Shown here piece by piece: positions 1-10,086 of a stretch of 64,000 nucleotides of DNA. Source of the DNA: Gemmatimonadota bacterium (lineage in GTDB: Bacteria; Gemmatimonadota; Gemmatimonadetes; Palauibacterales; KS3-K002); assembly GCA_039586795.1 (NCBI GenBank), contig JBDHJS010000009.1, forward strand, positions 37,349 to 101,348, given 5' to 3'. The translations under genes were made by a program, and so were the position numbers. The notes under the pieces were generated by a model. The model was not told where the DNA came from. It saw only the letters and a list, made by a program, of their open reading frames with translations, and searched no databases. Numbering within the stretch: position 1 is the stretch's first letter; each line of letters opens with the position of its first letter.

Positions 1-2
1 TC

Positions 3-467
3 GTTGGTGAGATGAGAGATCTCGAGACCATCTCCATGACGCTGACCGCAGCGGAGACGGGACACCTGGCCCTGGCTACGCTGCATACGAACTCGGCAGC
101 CGAGAGCATCAACCGAATCATCGACGTCTTTCCTTCTCACCAGCAATCACAGGTGCGCGCTCAGCTCTCGTTCGTACTCGAGGGTGTCGTGACGCAGACC
201 CTGCTTCCAAAATCGCGGGGGAAGGGCCGAGCCTGTGCCTGCGAAGTCCTCGTGGCCACGCCGGCCATCAGGTCGGTGATCAGGGAAGCGAAGATCCAGC
301 AGATCTACGGCCTCATGCAGGCCGGTAAGAAGCACGGAATGCAGACCCTGAACGACGCGCTGTACCAGCTCTACCTCGCCAGCGAGGTTACGCTGGAGGA
401 GGCGTTGAAGCGCTCATCCGACCCCAACGAGTTGCTACGGATGGCGGGCGAGCCGGTTCCGGCCTAG
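3..467 (+). CDS. pilT: Type IV pilus retraction ATPase, 5'-truncated by the window edge
   Basis: VGEMRD Walker B end, AAETGHL..TLHTNSA His boxes, AIRSVIRE (AIRNLIRE-like) motif, GMQTL; directly upstream of pilC. Confidence 0.93.
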   Translation, partial: VGEMRDLETISMTLTAAETGHLALATLHTNSAAESINRIIDVFPSHQQSQVRAQLSFVLEGVVTQTLLPKSRGKGRACACEVLVATPAIRSVIREAKIQQIYGLMQAGKKHGMQTLNDALYQLYLASEVTLEEALKRSSDPNELLRMAGEPVPA

Positions 468-480
468 GCGGGAAACAGAG

Positions 481-1683
481 ATGCCGATTTTCATTTATAG
501 CGCCAAGACAGTAGGCGGTGAGATCCAAACAGGTAACGTCGATCTGCCCAACCGCGAAGCCGTTATCGGCTACTTGCGGCGGCAGCGTCTGATACCTGTT
601 ACGGTCCGGGAGAAACCGAAGGATATCAGTTTCACCGTTGGCAAACGCATTCGGATGAAGGAGATCGTCCACTTCACCCGCCAGTTTGCCACAATGGTGA
701 ATTCGGGCTTGCCCCTGGTGCAGTGCCTCGAGATCCTCGCGCAACAGACTGAAAACAAGTTCTTGGCCGCCACCATCAAAGAAGTACAGGGCGACGTAGA
801 GTCCGGTGCCACACTCGCTGATGCGCTGCGAAATCACCCCAAGGTGTTCAGCGACCTCTTCGTGAACATGGTGGCAGCTGGTGAGGCCGGCGGTATTCTC
901 GACACGGTGTTGTTGAGACTGTCAGTGTTCCTCGAGAAGAATGAGGCGTTGGTTCGCAAGGTGAAAGGTGCGATGATCTATCCGGCGGTGATTCTCGCCG
1001 TTGCGGTCATCGCGGTAACCGTGCTGCTCGTCTTCGTAATCCCGACATTCGAGCAGATGTTTGCCAGCGTCGACCTGACGTTGCCGGCTCCGACGCGGCT
1101 CGTCATCTGGATGTCAGCCACGTTGCAGGGTTATTGGTGGCTAATGCTCGGACTGTCCATCGCTTTTGTCTACGCCATACGCATGTACTACAAGACGTCG
1201 GGAGGCCGTCTGGCCCTCGACAAGTTCTTGCTGAGGGTACCCATCCTTGGCGACCTGTTGCGGAAGACAGCAGTCGCGCGCTTCACGCGGACGCTCGGTA
1301 CTCTGCTCGCGTCCGGCGTCTCCATTCTCGATGGTCTCGAGATTACCGCGCGCACGGCGGGCAATCGCGTGATCCACGATGCCGTGATGCGTAGCCGTTC
1401 GTCGATCGCCGGCGGTGAGACCATCGCCGAACCGCTCAGAGAGTCGGGGGTCTTCCCGCCCATGGTGACCCAGATGATCAATGTGGGCGAGCAGACCGGA
1501 ACGATCGACGAGATGCTAGACAAGATCGCCGACTTCTATGACGACGAGGTAGACACGGCGGTGGAAGCTCTGTTGGCTGCGATGGAGCCGATACTGATCG
1601 TCTTTCTCGGTGTCGTCGTTGGCGGCATGATTGTCTCGATGTATCTGCCGATCTTCGACATGATCAACGTCGTGGGTCAGTAG
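481..1683 (+). CDS. pilC: Type IV pilus inner-membrane platform protein (GspF family)
   Basis: FTRQFATMVNSGLPL, AAGEAGGILD, KVKGAMIYP, VGEQTG, MYLPIF motifs; 400 aa. Confidence 0.96.
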   Translation: MPIFIYSAKTVGGEIQTGNVDLPNREAVIGYLRRQRLIPVTVREKPKDISFTVGKRIRMKEIVHFTRQFATMVNSGLPLVQCLEILAQQTENKFLAATIKEVQGDVESGATLADALRNHPKVFSDLFVNMVAAGEAGGILDTVLLRLSVFLEKNEALVRKVKGAMIYPAVILAVAVIAVTVLLVFVIPTFEQMFASVDLTLPAPTRLVIWMSATLQGYWWLMLGLSIAFVYAIRMYYKTSGGRLALDKFLLRVPILGDLLRKTAVARFTRTLGTLLASGVSILDGLEITARTAGNRVIHDAVMRSRSSIAGGETIAEPLRESGVFPPMVTQMINVGEQTGTIDEMLDKIADFYDDEVDTAVEALLAAMEPILIVFLGVVVGGMIVSMYLPIFDMINVVGQ

Positions 1684-1701
1684 TCCCGCGGGGAGTGGTG
1701 A

Positions 1702-1760
1702 GGGGTAAGGGCATGTGCGACCGACCCCTTACCCCGTACCCCTTGCCACCTGCCAACTGC
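1702..1760. repeat. Hairpin GGGGTAAGGG/CCCTTACCCC with degenerate 7-nt tandem repeats
   Basis: Inverted repeat 1702-1711/1726-1735; heptads CCCCTTA CCCCGTA CCCCTTG CCACCTG CCAACTG. Confidence 0.65.
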
Positions 1761-1761
1761 C

Positions 1762-2946
1762 ATGCCTGATCAGATAAACTCACAAGACATCCGCGCCCCC
1801 GAGTGCGAGCTCACGGTACTGATGCCATGTCTGAACGAGGCAGAGACGATCGGAACCTGCGTCGAGAAGGCGATGAGATCCTTGGAGCGCGCCGAGATCG
1901 ACGGCGAGGTGCTGATCTCAGACAACGGTAGCACGGATGGATCGCAAGAGATCGCTGAAAAGCTCGGAGCTCGAGTGATACATGCGTCGGAGCGTGGTTA
2001 CGGCGCTGCCTTGAAGGCGGGTATCGCGGTAGCGAGAGGCCGATTCGTGATCATGGGGGACGCTGACGACAGCTATGATTTCACCGCCCTCGACCCGTTC
2101 GTCGAGAAGCTGCGGGAGGGAAACGACCTGGTGATGGGCAACCGCTTCAGAGGCGGAATAGAGAAAGGCGCCATGCCGTTCCTCCATCGCTATTTCGGCA
2201 ATCCCGTGTTGAGCTTCCTGGGGCGGCTCTTCTTCAAAGCCCCGGTCGGCGACATCTACTGCGGGCTTAGAGGTTTCGATAGGGACGCGATACGCGGGCT
2301 CGCCTTGACCGCTTCGGGGATGGAATTCGCCAACGAAATGGTCGTGAAGTCTACTCTCCAAGGCCTGCGTATCGCCGAAGTGCCAACGACGCTCTCACCT
2401 GATGGTCGTAGCAAGCGTCCGCATCTCCGGACCTGGAGGGACGGATGGCGCACGCTCCGGTTCCTGCTGATGTTCAGTCCCCGTTGGTTGTTTCTCTACC
2501 CCGGCCTTCTCCTGATGGCAATTGGTCTGGCCTCCATGCTGTGGCTGCTCCCGGGCACGCGGACGATCGGGAACGTCGGCTTTGACGTAAACACGCTCGT
2601 GTACAGTGGTGCGGCGATCATTCTCGGGTTTCAAGCGATAGTGTTCTCGTTGTTCGCCAAGATCTTTGCGATGGGTGCCGGGTTGCTCCCGGAAGACCCG
2701 CGGATGGACAAGCTCCGCAGTCTCTTCACCCTCGAAGTGGGCATCATCGTCGGACTGCTCGTTCTGTTGGGCGGCTTCGCGGCGTTCGCCTACGCGATCG
2801 GATTCTGGGGCAGAGCTTCGTTTGGCGAGCTTGATGTTAGTCAGTCACTTCGGATCGTAGCACCGTCGGCGACGGCTCTGGTGCTCGGTCTCCAGATCAT
2901 CTTCTCCAGCTTCTTCATCAGCGTACTGGACCTCAAACGCCGCTAG
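1762..2946 (+). CDS. GT2 glycosyltransferase, dolichol/polyprenol-phosphate sugar synthase-like, with C-terminal TM helices
   Basis: VLMPCLNE, DNGSTDGS, GYGAAL, MGDADDSYD, DLVMGNRF, GMEFA motifs; about four C-terminal hydrophobic segments. Confidence 0.88.
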   Translation: MPDQINSQDIRAPECELTVLMPCLNEAETIGTCVEKAMRSLERAEIDGEVLISDNGSTDGSQEIAEKLGARVIHASERGYGAALKAGIAVARGRFVIMGDADDSYDFTALDPFVEKLREGNDLVMGNRFRGGIEKGAMPFLHRYFGNPVLSFLGRLFFKAPVGDIYCGLRGFDRDAIRGLALTASGMEFANEMVVKSTLQGLRIAEVPTTLSPDGRSKRPHLRTWRDGWRTLRFLLMFSPRWLFLYPGLLLMAIGLASMLWLLPGTRTIGNVGFDVNTLVYSGAAIILGFQAIVFSLFAKIFAMGAGLLPEDPRMDKLRSLFTLEVGIIVGLLVLLGGFAAFAYAIGFWGRASFGELDVSQSLRIVAPSATALVLGLQIIFSSFFISVLDLKRR

Positions 2947-2955
2947 AGCTTCCGG

Positions 2956-4992
2956 TCATTCGGGAGGCTTCACCCTGAAGAGGACCAACGCTCGGTCGTC
3001 ACGGACGAGCTCCAGGCAGTCGGCCGCGAATCTCTGAAACTCGCTCCAGCCCAGGCGCTCCGGATCGAGACCCCCTGCCACGACGTAGTACCTGAATGAC
3101 CCGATCCCCAGCAGCACGTGAGTTATCTCCGGCGTGCCCAAACAACCGCCCTCGGGTAGGATCGCTGACAACAGCGGCCAGTTCACAGACAGGTTGTCCT
3201 GGATCACTCGCGGCTCGAAGTAGTACCCACGCGCATCCCACAACATCAGAATCCGGCCATCCGAGCCAACTTCCTGCTTGGTCAGATTCACCATGTCGAC
3301 GTAAGCGGGGCCGATCCTGCTCGCCATGTAATCGTCTGCTGAGCTCAGTCCGACGAAGTGCTGCAGCGCCTGAGACCGGCTCAGGCGATACTGAACCGCA
3401 GTTCCCGATGGGATGAGGGCAAGCAGGGTAAAAGAGATCAGCAGAGCGCGTCCAACCGAAGGCGACAAGTATTTCTCGCTCAGCGCCACGGCTATGTACG
3501 CAACGACGATGGTCAGAGCCGGGACGGCTGGTAACAGATAGCGAAGATTAGGGCTTGGCAAAATCGCGAGCACGATGACCAGGTACGCTATCGCAGGAAA
3601 AAGAAGCCAGTTGATGACTCGATTACGTATGAAGAAAAGCCAGAGGGGCAAGGCGAGGAAGAACGGATTGAGATAGTAGTGAGCTCCTTCGACTTCGATA
3701 GAAAGTCGGCCGGGCGCGAAGAAGGCGTCGGGCAGGTTGAACGGTGCCCGCAACTCCCATATGAACTCCATGATCCGCGGATCGACGGAAGCTGGCCAGC
3801 TGGCCACACCGAATAACGACGTGAGCCATCCGGGAACCAGCGACTCGGCAAAGAAGGGGTATATAGGCGCGCCTAATAGAATCCAGTTCTTCAGTAGCCA
3901 CGGAGCTGTCACGGCGGCAAAGCACACTCCGAAGCCGATAGACAGGCGGGCGGTAGCGGAAACGGTTCCCGATTTCTTGTAAGCGGCCCAAACAGCCAGT
4001 GGGCCAAGAGCAAGAGCGTAGGGGATCGCAGATAGTTTTGTCCCTATCGCCATTCCCAAGAACGCGGCGGATAGGAAGTACCGATGATTGTCCGCGGTTT
4101 CGTCAAGCAGGTCCGAAAGCAAAACGAAACTGGCCAGAAAGACGAACAGCGTGACAGACAGATCGACGCGAGGAGATATCGCGACCAAGAGCACAGTCGT
4201 CGTGCCCCAGAAGAGTCCGAGTACGAGGTGGCCCGTTCTGACGGATAGGTACTGGGCGCAGAACGAGTACGATGCAAGCGATAGGAACCCGGCCAAAGCC
4301 ACGTTCAGGATCGCCGGCCCTGCGTCGCTCCCGATCGCAAGGAGCGGGATGTAGAGCATGTGAATGAGGCCGATGTGTGACTCGTGCAGATTGTCATCAG
4401 GTAGGTGGATCCGACCCAGCTCGAGATACTGCGACGGGATTTGCAGGTGATACATGAGCGCGTCCCAATCGACGGGTGGCGCAACCGCGAACAACAACAT
4501 GGCTGCAACCGCGCCGATCCAGACGGCGATACCGAACCAGGCCAGGCTCTTGCCGTCGACGCCGGGTCGAATTGAGGCAATCGCCGTGCGGACCCATGCA
4601 GGGACCCTGATCAGGTTTTTCCAGCTGAGGCCGCCCAGAGCAACGAGCAAAACTGCAATCGTCGTTCTCTGCAGCCCGCCCACCAAACCAACCACGAGCA
4701 GTAATGTGGCGATAGAGCCCAGTCCAAGCGCAGCCGCGAATACCAGCGAATCAATCGGACTCTCTGGAAGCGCTTTGAGGGCGTTCAGAATGGAGTGGCC
4801 AACAGCAACACACAGAGCCAGCAGAACGAGTACGGTGACAACGCTGAACGCATGGTCAATAACCTGCAGCGGCCCGGTGTAGCTCCCGGCCTGAAGCGAG
4901 ACGCGGATATGCGCAGCTGTCAGCACCGCAATGAGGAACACCGCCGCAATCACAGGCCAGATCGATCGATCAACCAAGCGCTTCAGCTGCAT
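2956..4992 (-). CDS. Multi-TM GT-C-fold glycosyltransferase (ArnT/PMT-like)
   Basis: 678 aa, many TMs; PPVDWDALMYHL acidic loop, GMAIGTK, PWLLKNWILLGAPIYPF, RYLLP. Confidence 0.75.
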   Translation of the reverse strand: MQLKRLVDRSIWPVIAAVFLIAVLTAAHIRVSLQAGSYTGPLQVIDHAFSVVTVLVLLALCVAVGHSILNALKALPESPIDSLVFAAALGLGSIATLLLVVGLVGGLQRTTIAVLLVALGGLSWKNLIRVPAWVRTAIASIRPGVDGKSLAWFGIAVWIGAVAAMLLFAVAPPVDWDALMYHLQIPSQYLELGRIHLPDDNLHESHIGLIHMLYIPLLAIGSDAGPAILNVALAGFLSLASYSFCAQYLSVRTGHLVLGLFWGTTTVLLVAISPRVDLSVTLFVFLASFVLLSDLLDETADNHRYFLSAAFLGMAIGTKLSAIPYALALGPLAVWAAYKKSGTVSATARLSIGFGVCFAAVTAPWLLKNWILLGAPIYPFFAESLVPGWLTSLFGVASWPASVDPRIMEFIWELRAPFNLPDAFFAPGRLSIEVEGAHYYLNPFFLALPLWLFFIRNRVINWLLFPAIAYLVIVLAILPSPNLRYLLPAVPALTIVVAYIAVALSEKYLSPSVGRALLISFTLLALIPSGTAVQYRLSRSQALQHFVGLSSADDYMASRIGPAYVDMVNLTKQEVGSDGRILMLWDARGYYFEPRVIQDNLSVNWPLLSAILPEGGCLGTPEITHVLLGIGSFRYYVVAGGLDPERLGWSEFQRFAADCLELVRDDRALVLFRVKPPE

Positions 4993-5027
4993 CTCCTCGC
5001 CTCGTCATCTCCGCGCCTGCTCGAGTC

Positions 5028-5056
5028 TTGCATTTTGCAATACTCCGGGTTATCGT
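5028..5056 (+). promoter_or_regulatory. Putative sigma70 promoter for the pilS-pilR-GT operon
   Basis: TTGCAT-N17-TATCGT in the divergent intergenic region. Confidence 0.5.
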
Positions 5057-5159
5057 TGTGACGCGCTAAGTTAGCTGTTTCCGGTCCTCGCGGCCGGTCT
5101 TCAAGAGTGCCCCCCCCGCTCGACCACCCTGTCTTGCATCGGCAGTTGGGATCAGCGAA

Positions 5160-6941
5160 GTGATGTCGGAATCAAGCCAATCAACGGTAGACAGACCGAA
5201 GGCGGCCACAGACGGCGCGTCAGGACCGCAGAAGGGAATTCTGCGTCCCGCGGGTGACATAGGCCAGAGGTCCGGGCCGCGCCGGGTCGAGTTCGGCGAG
5301 CGCGGCCTGGAGATCCTGCGGTGGATCTACATGGCGCGTTTGGGACTCGCCGGCGGTCTCTTCTCAGCGGCAGTTTTGGCCTGGACAGGGGCCTCGCCCG
5401 CACTGACCCTTACGGCCTCTCTCGCGTTGGTCATCACTCTGCTGCATACGGCGGCGTCATACTGGCTCACTCATATCCGCAAGCGTGCGGTGGGCGAGAC
5501 GTTCGCGTATGGTCAGGCAATCGTCGACGTGCTCCTCGTCACGCTGATCATCGACCTTACCGGCGGCCGGTACAGCGTGGTAGCGCCTTTGTACATCCTG
5601 CTCATCAGTGCTTACACGCTGATGCTCCCGTTGCGGAGCAGCTTGCTGGTGACGGGGCTTGCCTGTATCGCCTTCATAGCGGATGCGGTCTGGATACAGG
5701 GTGCACAGGTCGACACCGTTGTCGTCCTACAACTCGCGATCTTCGTTGGTGTCGCGGTAGTAGTCGGTGTGATCAGCACCAAACTGCGCGAGGCGGGTGC
5801 GGCGCTGACGTCGGTGGAAGATGAGCTGCGACAGTTGCGCCTAGAGACCGGCGACATTCTCGGGAACATACCGACCGCCATCCTGACTGTGGACGCGGAA
5901 GGTCGGCTCGTGTACGCGAATCCGGCGGCGGAACGACTGCTCGGGTTCGATGTCGTGAGCTATTTCGAGAAGCCCGTCATGGAACAGTTGGCGCAACGGT
6001 CGGCCGGGCTGCAGAAAGCTCTGGACCGCACCCGTCGATACCGGATACCGGTAGCCAGCGCTGAGATCAGCGTACATCGCCGTGGGGATGACATACCTGT
6101 TGGGATCAGCACTGCGGTGCTGGACCGCCGCGAGGGTACACCCTCGGTTACGGCGATCATGCGGGACATATCGGATCGTAAACGGATCGAAGGATTGCGG
6201 CAGCGAACCGAGCGCCTCGAAGCGGTTGCCGAGCTTTCGGCGTCTCTGGCACATGAGATCAAGAATCCGCTGGCGTCAATCAGCAGCTCGGTTCAGCAAA
6301 TGGGGTTGAAGGAGAGGGCCGACGAGGATGATCAACTGCTCTCGCGGCTCATACTCAGAGAATCGGATCGCCTTTCCAGGCTTCTGGCAGATTTCATTGA
6401 CTTCGCTCGCCTTCGCGTAGAGCGCTCCAAGCTTCTGGATCTCAGGGAGGTCGCCGCGCACGGAGTCCAGGTGGTACGTCGCCACCCCGCGTTTCGCGAT
6501 GAGATCGAAGTAGAGATCGAGCTCGCCGACGAGCCCGTCTTGTTCGAAGGCGACGAAGACCTGATGCACCGTGTGGTAACGAACCTGGTGCTCAACGCCG
6601 TCCAGGCTTCTGAGAGCAGTCCGACGCGAATCCTCGTCGAGGTGACGAATGAGAACTCGGGCTGTGTTCCGGGTGAGGTCGATGTCGAAGAGCCGGTCGT
6701 GCTGCGTGTGACTGACGACGGCCCCGGCATCCCGCAGGGCGACCTGGTCCGCATCTTCGACCCCTTCTTCACAAAGCGACGTGGTGGAAGCGGTCTCGGC
6801 CTGGCGATCGTTCATCGTGCCGTGCGCGAGCACGGAGGCATGATCCTGGTCGCATCAGATTCGGAGATCGGTACACGTTTCACTGTTTGTCTTCCGAGGA
6901 GCGCAACAAACTCCGAAGGAACCGCAGCGGAGGAGCAGTAG
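5160..6941 (+). CDS. pilS: Membrane sensor histidine kinase, PilS-type (about 6 TM, PAS, HisKA, HATPase)
   Basis: LAHEIKNPL H-box, NLVLNA, DDGPGI, FDPFFT, GSGLGL; position between pilC and pilR; start codon uncertain. Confidence 0.85.
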   Translation: MMSESSQSTVDRPKAATDGASGPQKGILRPAGDIGQRSGPRRVEFGERGLEILRWIYMARLGLAGGLFSAAVLAWTGASPALTLTASLALVITLLHTAASYWLTHIRKRAVGETFAYGQAIVDVLLVTLIIDLTGGRYSVVAPLYILLISAYTLMLPLRSSLLVTGLACIAFIADAVWIQGAQVDTVVVLQLAIFVGVAVVVGVISTKLREAGAALTSVEDELRQLRLETGDILGNIPTAILTVDAEGRLVYANPAAERLLGFDVVSYFEKPVMEQLAQRSAGLQKALDRTRRYRIPVASAEISVHRRGDDIPVGISTAVLDRREGTPSVTAIMRDISDRKRIEGLRQRTERLEAVAELSASLAHEIKNPLASISSSVQQMGLKERADEDDQLLSRLILRESDRLSRLLADFIDFARLRVERSKLLDLREVAAHGVQVVRRHPAFRDEIEVEIELADEPVLFEGDEDLMHRVVTNLVLNAVQASESSPTRILVEVTNENSGCVPGEVDVEEPVVLRVTDDGPGIPQGDLVRIFDPFFTKRRGGSGLGLAIVHRAVREHGGMILVASDSEIGTRFTVCLPRSATNSEGTAAEEQ

Positions 6942-8308
6942 TGAGCAAGAACACCGCGAAGATTTTGATCGTCGACGACGAGGAAAGCCTGATCGAGTCG
7001 TTATCCGTTCTGCTGAAGCGGGAGGGCTTTGATGTCATTACGGCCCTGTCCGGCACCGAAGGGCTCGAAAAGCTGAGTCAGAACCCGGATGTCGTGTTGA
7101 CCGACATCCGAATGCCCAGAGTCAGTGGCATAGACGTGCTCGAACAGACGCGCTCGAAACGACCTGACATCCCGGTCGTCTTGATGACCGCGCAGGCCTC
7201 GCTGCAGTCCGCAATACAGGCCGTAAACCAGGGCGCGTACCACTACGTGCAGAAACCGTTCACGAACGACGAACTGCTCGCGATTCTGCGCAACGCGGCC
7301 GACTTCGGCAGGGTGAGAGCCGAGAACCGAACCCTCAAGAGCGAGATCCGGCGGCGCGACCGCTACGCCCGGGCCAAGCCGATCGGAAAGTGTGCGAACT
7401 TCCTCGAAGCGCTAAAGGTCGCCCAGACGGTCGCTCCTACAGAATCGACGGTGCTGATCCAGGGTGAGAGCGGCACAGGCAAGGAAGTACTGGCTAGATA
7501 CATCCACGAGCTATCTTCGCGCGCCGATAACTCGTTCCTTAGCATCAATTGTGGTGCGCTGCCGGAAAGTCTGCTGGAGTCAGAGCTGTTTGGGCACATC
7601 AGGGGGAGTTTCACCGGGGCGGTTCGCGACAAAGAGGGGCTCTTCGTGGCTGCGAACAGTGGAACGCTGTTCCTCGACGAAGTCGGTGAGATGGTTCCTG
7701 CCACGCAAGTAAGACTGTTACACGTTCTTCAGCAGCACGAGGTGATCCCCGTCGGTGCGACCGAGCCGGTTGCGACCGATGTTCGTATAGTCGCCGCCAC
7801 CAACGCGGACCTCGAAGAGGAGATTCGTCAGGGCGCTTTCCGCAGCGATTTGTTCTACAGGCTAAACGTGATCGCCATTCACCTGCCGCCTTTGCGCGAA
7901 CGGCGCGACGACGTGCTGCTTCTGGCGGAGAACTTCTTGAATCGTATCGCCGATAACCGCGATACCGAACCGAAGAAGTTGGACGAAGCCGCGCTACAGG
8001 CGCTGGTCGAATACGACTGGCCAGGCAACGTTCGCGAGCTCGAGAACGCGCTCGAGAGAGCCGTGGCGATGACCGATAACGGGGTGATCGGGCGTGACGT
8101 GCTGCCCAAGCAGGTCATCGAACGACAGCCGTTGCCGCTGGTCAGCGAGCGGCTGCCGGCGAACCCGCCCCTCGAGGTAGTCGAGCGCGCCTACATCGAG
8201 TGGGTACTGCGCGCCGAGGGCGGCAATAAGACGCGAGCAGCAGAGGTTCTGGGCATCGACCCCTCGACTCTATATCGCAAGCTCGCCAGGTTCGAGTCGG
8301 AGAGCTAG
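6941..8308 (+). CDS. pilR: Sigma54-dependent response regulator, PilR-type
   Basis: GTG overlapping the pilS stop; VDDE/TDIRMP receiver, GESGTGKE, GSFTGA, WPGNVREL, Fis-type HTH. Confidence 0.85.
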   Translation: MSKNTAKILIVDDEESLIESLSVLLKREGFDVITALSGTEGLEKLSQNPDVVLTDIRMPRVSGIDVLEQTRSKRPDIPVVLMTAQASLQSAIQAVNQGAYHYVQKPFTNDELLAILRNAADFGRVRAENRTLKSEIRRRDRYARAKPIGKCANFLEALKVAQTVAPTESTVLIQGESGTGKEVLARYIHELSSRADNSFLSINCGALPESLLESELFGHIRGSFTGAVRDKEGLFVAANSGTLFLDEVGEMVPATQVRLLHVLQQHEVIPVGATEPVATDVRIVAATNADLEEEIRQGAFRSDLFYRLNVIAIHLPPLRERRDDVLLLAENFLNRIADNRDTEPKKLDEAALQALVEYDWPGNVRELENALERAVAMTDNGVIGRDVLPKQVIERQPLPLVSERLPANPPLEVVERAYIEWVLRAEGGNKTRAAEVLGIDPSTLYRKLARFESES

Positions 8309-8340
8309 GCCGCTTGTCGAAAAGCGGTGGTGGGGAGGCG

Positions 8341-10086
8341 GTGAGCATGCCGTGGAGGGCGCATTGGCGGGAGCTTGCCACACTGGTGGCGGTAGCCTTC
8401 CTCATACGCATATCGTTTCTCGCGCTTCGCGGCGATTACCTGGATTGGGACGAGGCGCTTTACCTGCTGATCGCCCGCAGCGTCCTGGACGGTGATGGCC
8501 TTGCCGTCAACGGCCTCCCGCACATTGCTCTTAGTCCGCTCGTCCCGTTGGCCTCGGCCTTGGTCTCTGCTGTCACTCGCTTGGAGATCCTTACAGCTCA
8601 GCGTCTGGTGATCGCGGCGGCTGGGGCGCTGCTTGTTGTTCCGGTCTGGTATCTGATCCGCATCAACTCCGGAGATCGGATAGCCGGGATCAGCGCGCTG
8701 CTGATCGTAGGCTGGACGGCGCTCATCGATGTCGGCCCCCGATTCGGGCCCATGTGGAGGCACGTCTATGCGGGCAGCGAACCGCTCTACCTGTTCGCGC
8801 TGTTCTCTGCTTTTGCCTGCGGTGAATTTGGTCTGCGGCAAAGGGGTATACCGCGAACAGTTTCGCTCCTTGCCGCGGGAGTGTCACTCGGCCTCGCCTA
8901 CCTTGCCCGGCCTGAAGCCGTAGTCGTTGGCGGCCTGTACGCGATCTTTAGAGGCATTTCCCTTCTGCGTGGAGGCGAGACAAGAGCGGTGTCGGTCGCC
9001 GCTGGGTTAACCGCTATTTCATTTCTCGTCGTCGCCGCGCCCTACTTGCTGCATATGCGCCAGCTCGCCGACTCATGGACTCTGAGCGGCAAGCTGGGCC
9101 CGACCAGGGCGACGGGTGACCTGTATGAGGAAGTCGTGCGGGACGACGGAAAGATGCTACCGTATCTCGAGGCCTGGTGGGCTTTGGACGAGGCGCACGA
9201 TCGGATGGTCAACCCCTACTGGGGGCTTGATGGAGATGAGCCGTTCGAGCTTCGACTCGACAAGTACGAGAAGGTTCTGGCTGCGAAGTGGACACCCGAT
9301 TCCAGCACCGGCCAGCGTGCCGGCGGCAGGATGTTGGACTACTTCCAAGCGCTCTGGCTTCTGACGTTCCCGCTGTTCGGAGTCTTCGCGTTGCTCGGGT
9401 TGCTGTCTCGCGGCCGCTATGCAAGTGGGCTATTCCCGTTCTTCGTGCTTGCAGGCCTCACCGCCAGCCTGCTCACGTCCTGGCAGGTTTTCGTTCTCCC
9501 GCGCTTCTTCCTCTACCTAATTCCGGGGTTCGCGCTTTGGGCGGCGCACGGAGTGGTCTTCGCCAGCGGTTTGCGTTGGCTCCGACGGCTTCCGGACCCG
9601 GGGCGCGTCATCGCGTTCGCTCTCCTCGCAACTGGCATTGGAGTGGCTGCGGTCAGAACCGTGAGTCATGAGGCAGGAGTTGTGCGGGAGGTTGGCAGCA
9701 AGGATCGGACGGCGGCGGAGCGTCTGGCTGAAGCTATCAGTTCGGACCGTGCGGTGATGAGCTGGCATCCGCGACTGGCCTATTGGGGTGAGTGGGAATG
9801 GCGAGCACTGCCAGTCGCCACACTCGATGCCGTCGCGCACTACGCCGCGTATCGCCAGGTCGATTTCATGCTCTTGGCGCGAGGCGCCTACTCGCCGCTG
9901 GCTCTCGAGTCGGACTACGTGATCATCAGTCTGGACCCGGTTCTGGCCGGCGCCTACCTGGAGAGCGTTGCCACTCCGACTCAGCACGTGCATCCACGGG
10001 CTACCCTATTGTCGGTCGCCGACGTCGCTGGATTTCCAGCTGGTCGCATCGCCCCGGCAGAGGATGCGGAGAGCGGAGGCGAATAG
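8341..10086 (+). CDS. Multi-TM GT-C-fold glycosyltransferase (ArnT/PMT_2-like)
   Basis: DYLDWDEALYLLIARS after TM1, SEPLY, LAYLARPE, PRFFL; start may be 8314, 8341 or 8347. Confidence 0.75.
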   Translation: MSMPWRAHWRELATLVAVAFLIRISFLALRGDYLDWDEALYLLIARSVLDGDGLAVNGLPHIALSPLVPLASALVSAVTRLEILTAQRLVIAAAGALLVVPVWYLIRINSGDRIAGISALLIVGWTALIDVGPRFGPMWRHVYAGSEPLYLFALFSAFACGEFGLRQRGIPRTVSLLAAGVSLGLAYLARPEAVVVGGLYAIFRGISLLRGGETRAVSVAAGLTAISFLVVAAPYLLHMRQLADSWTLSGKLGPTRATGDLYEEVVRDDGKMLPYLEAWWALDEAHDRMVNPYWGLDGDEPFELRLDKYEKVLAAKWTPDSSTGQRAGGRMLDYFQALWLLTFPLFGVFALLGLLSRGRYASGLFPFFVLAGLTASLLTSWQVFVLPRFFLYLIPGFALWAAHGVVFASGLRWLRRLPDPGRVIAFALLATGIGVAAVRTVSHEAGVVREVGSKDRTAAERLAEAISSDRAVMSWHPRLAYWGEWEWRALPVATLDAVAHYAAYRQVDFMLLARGAYSPLALESDYVIISLDPVLAGAYLESVATPTQHVHPRATLLSVADVAGFPAGRIAPAEDAESGGE

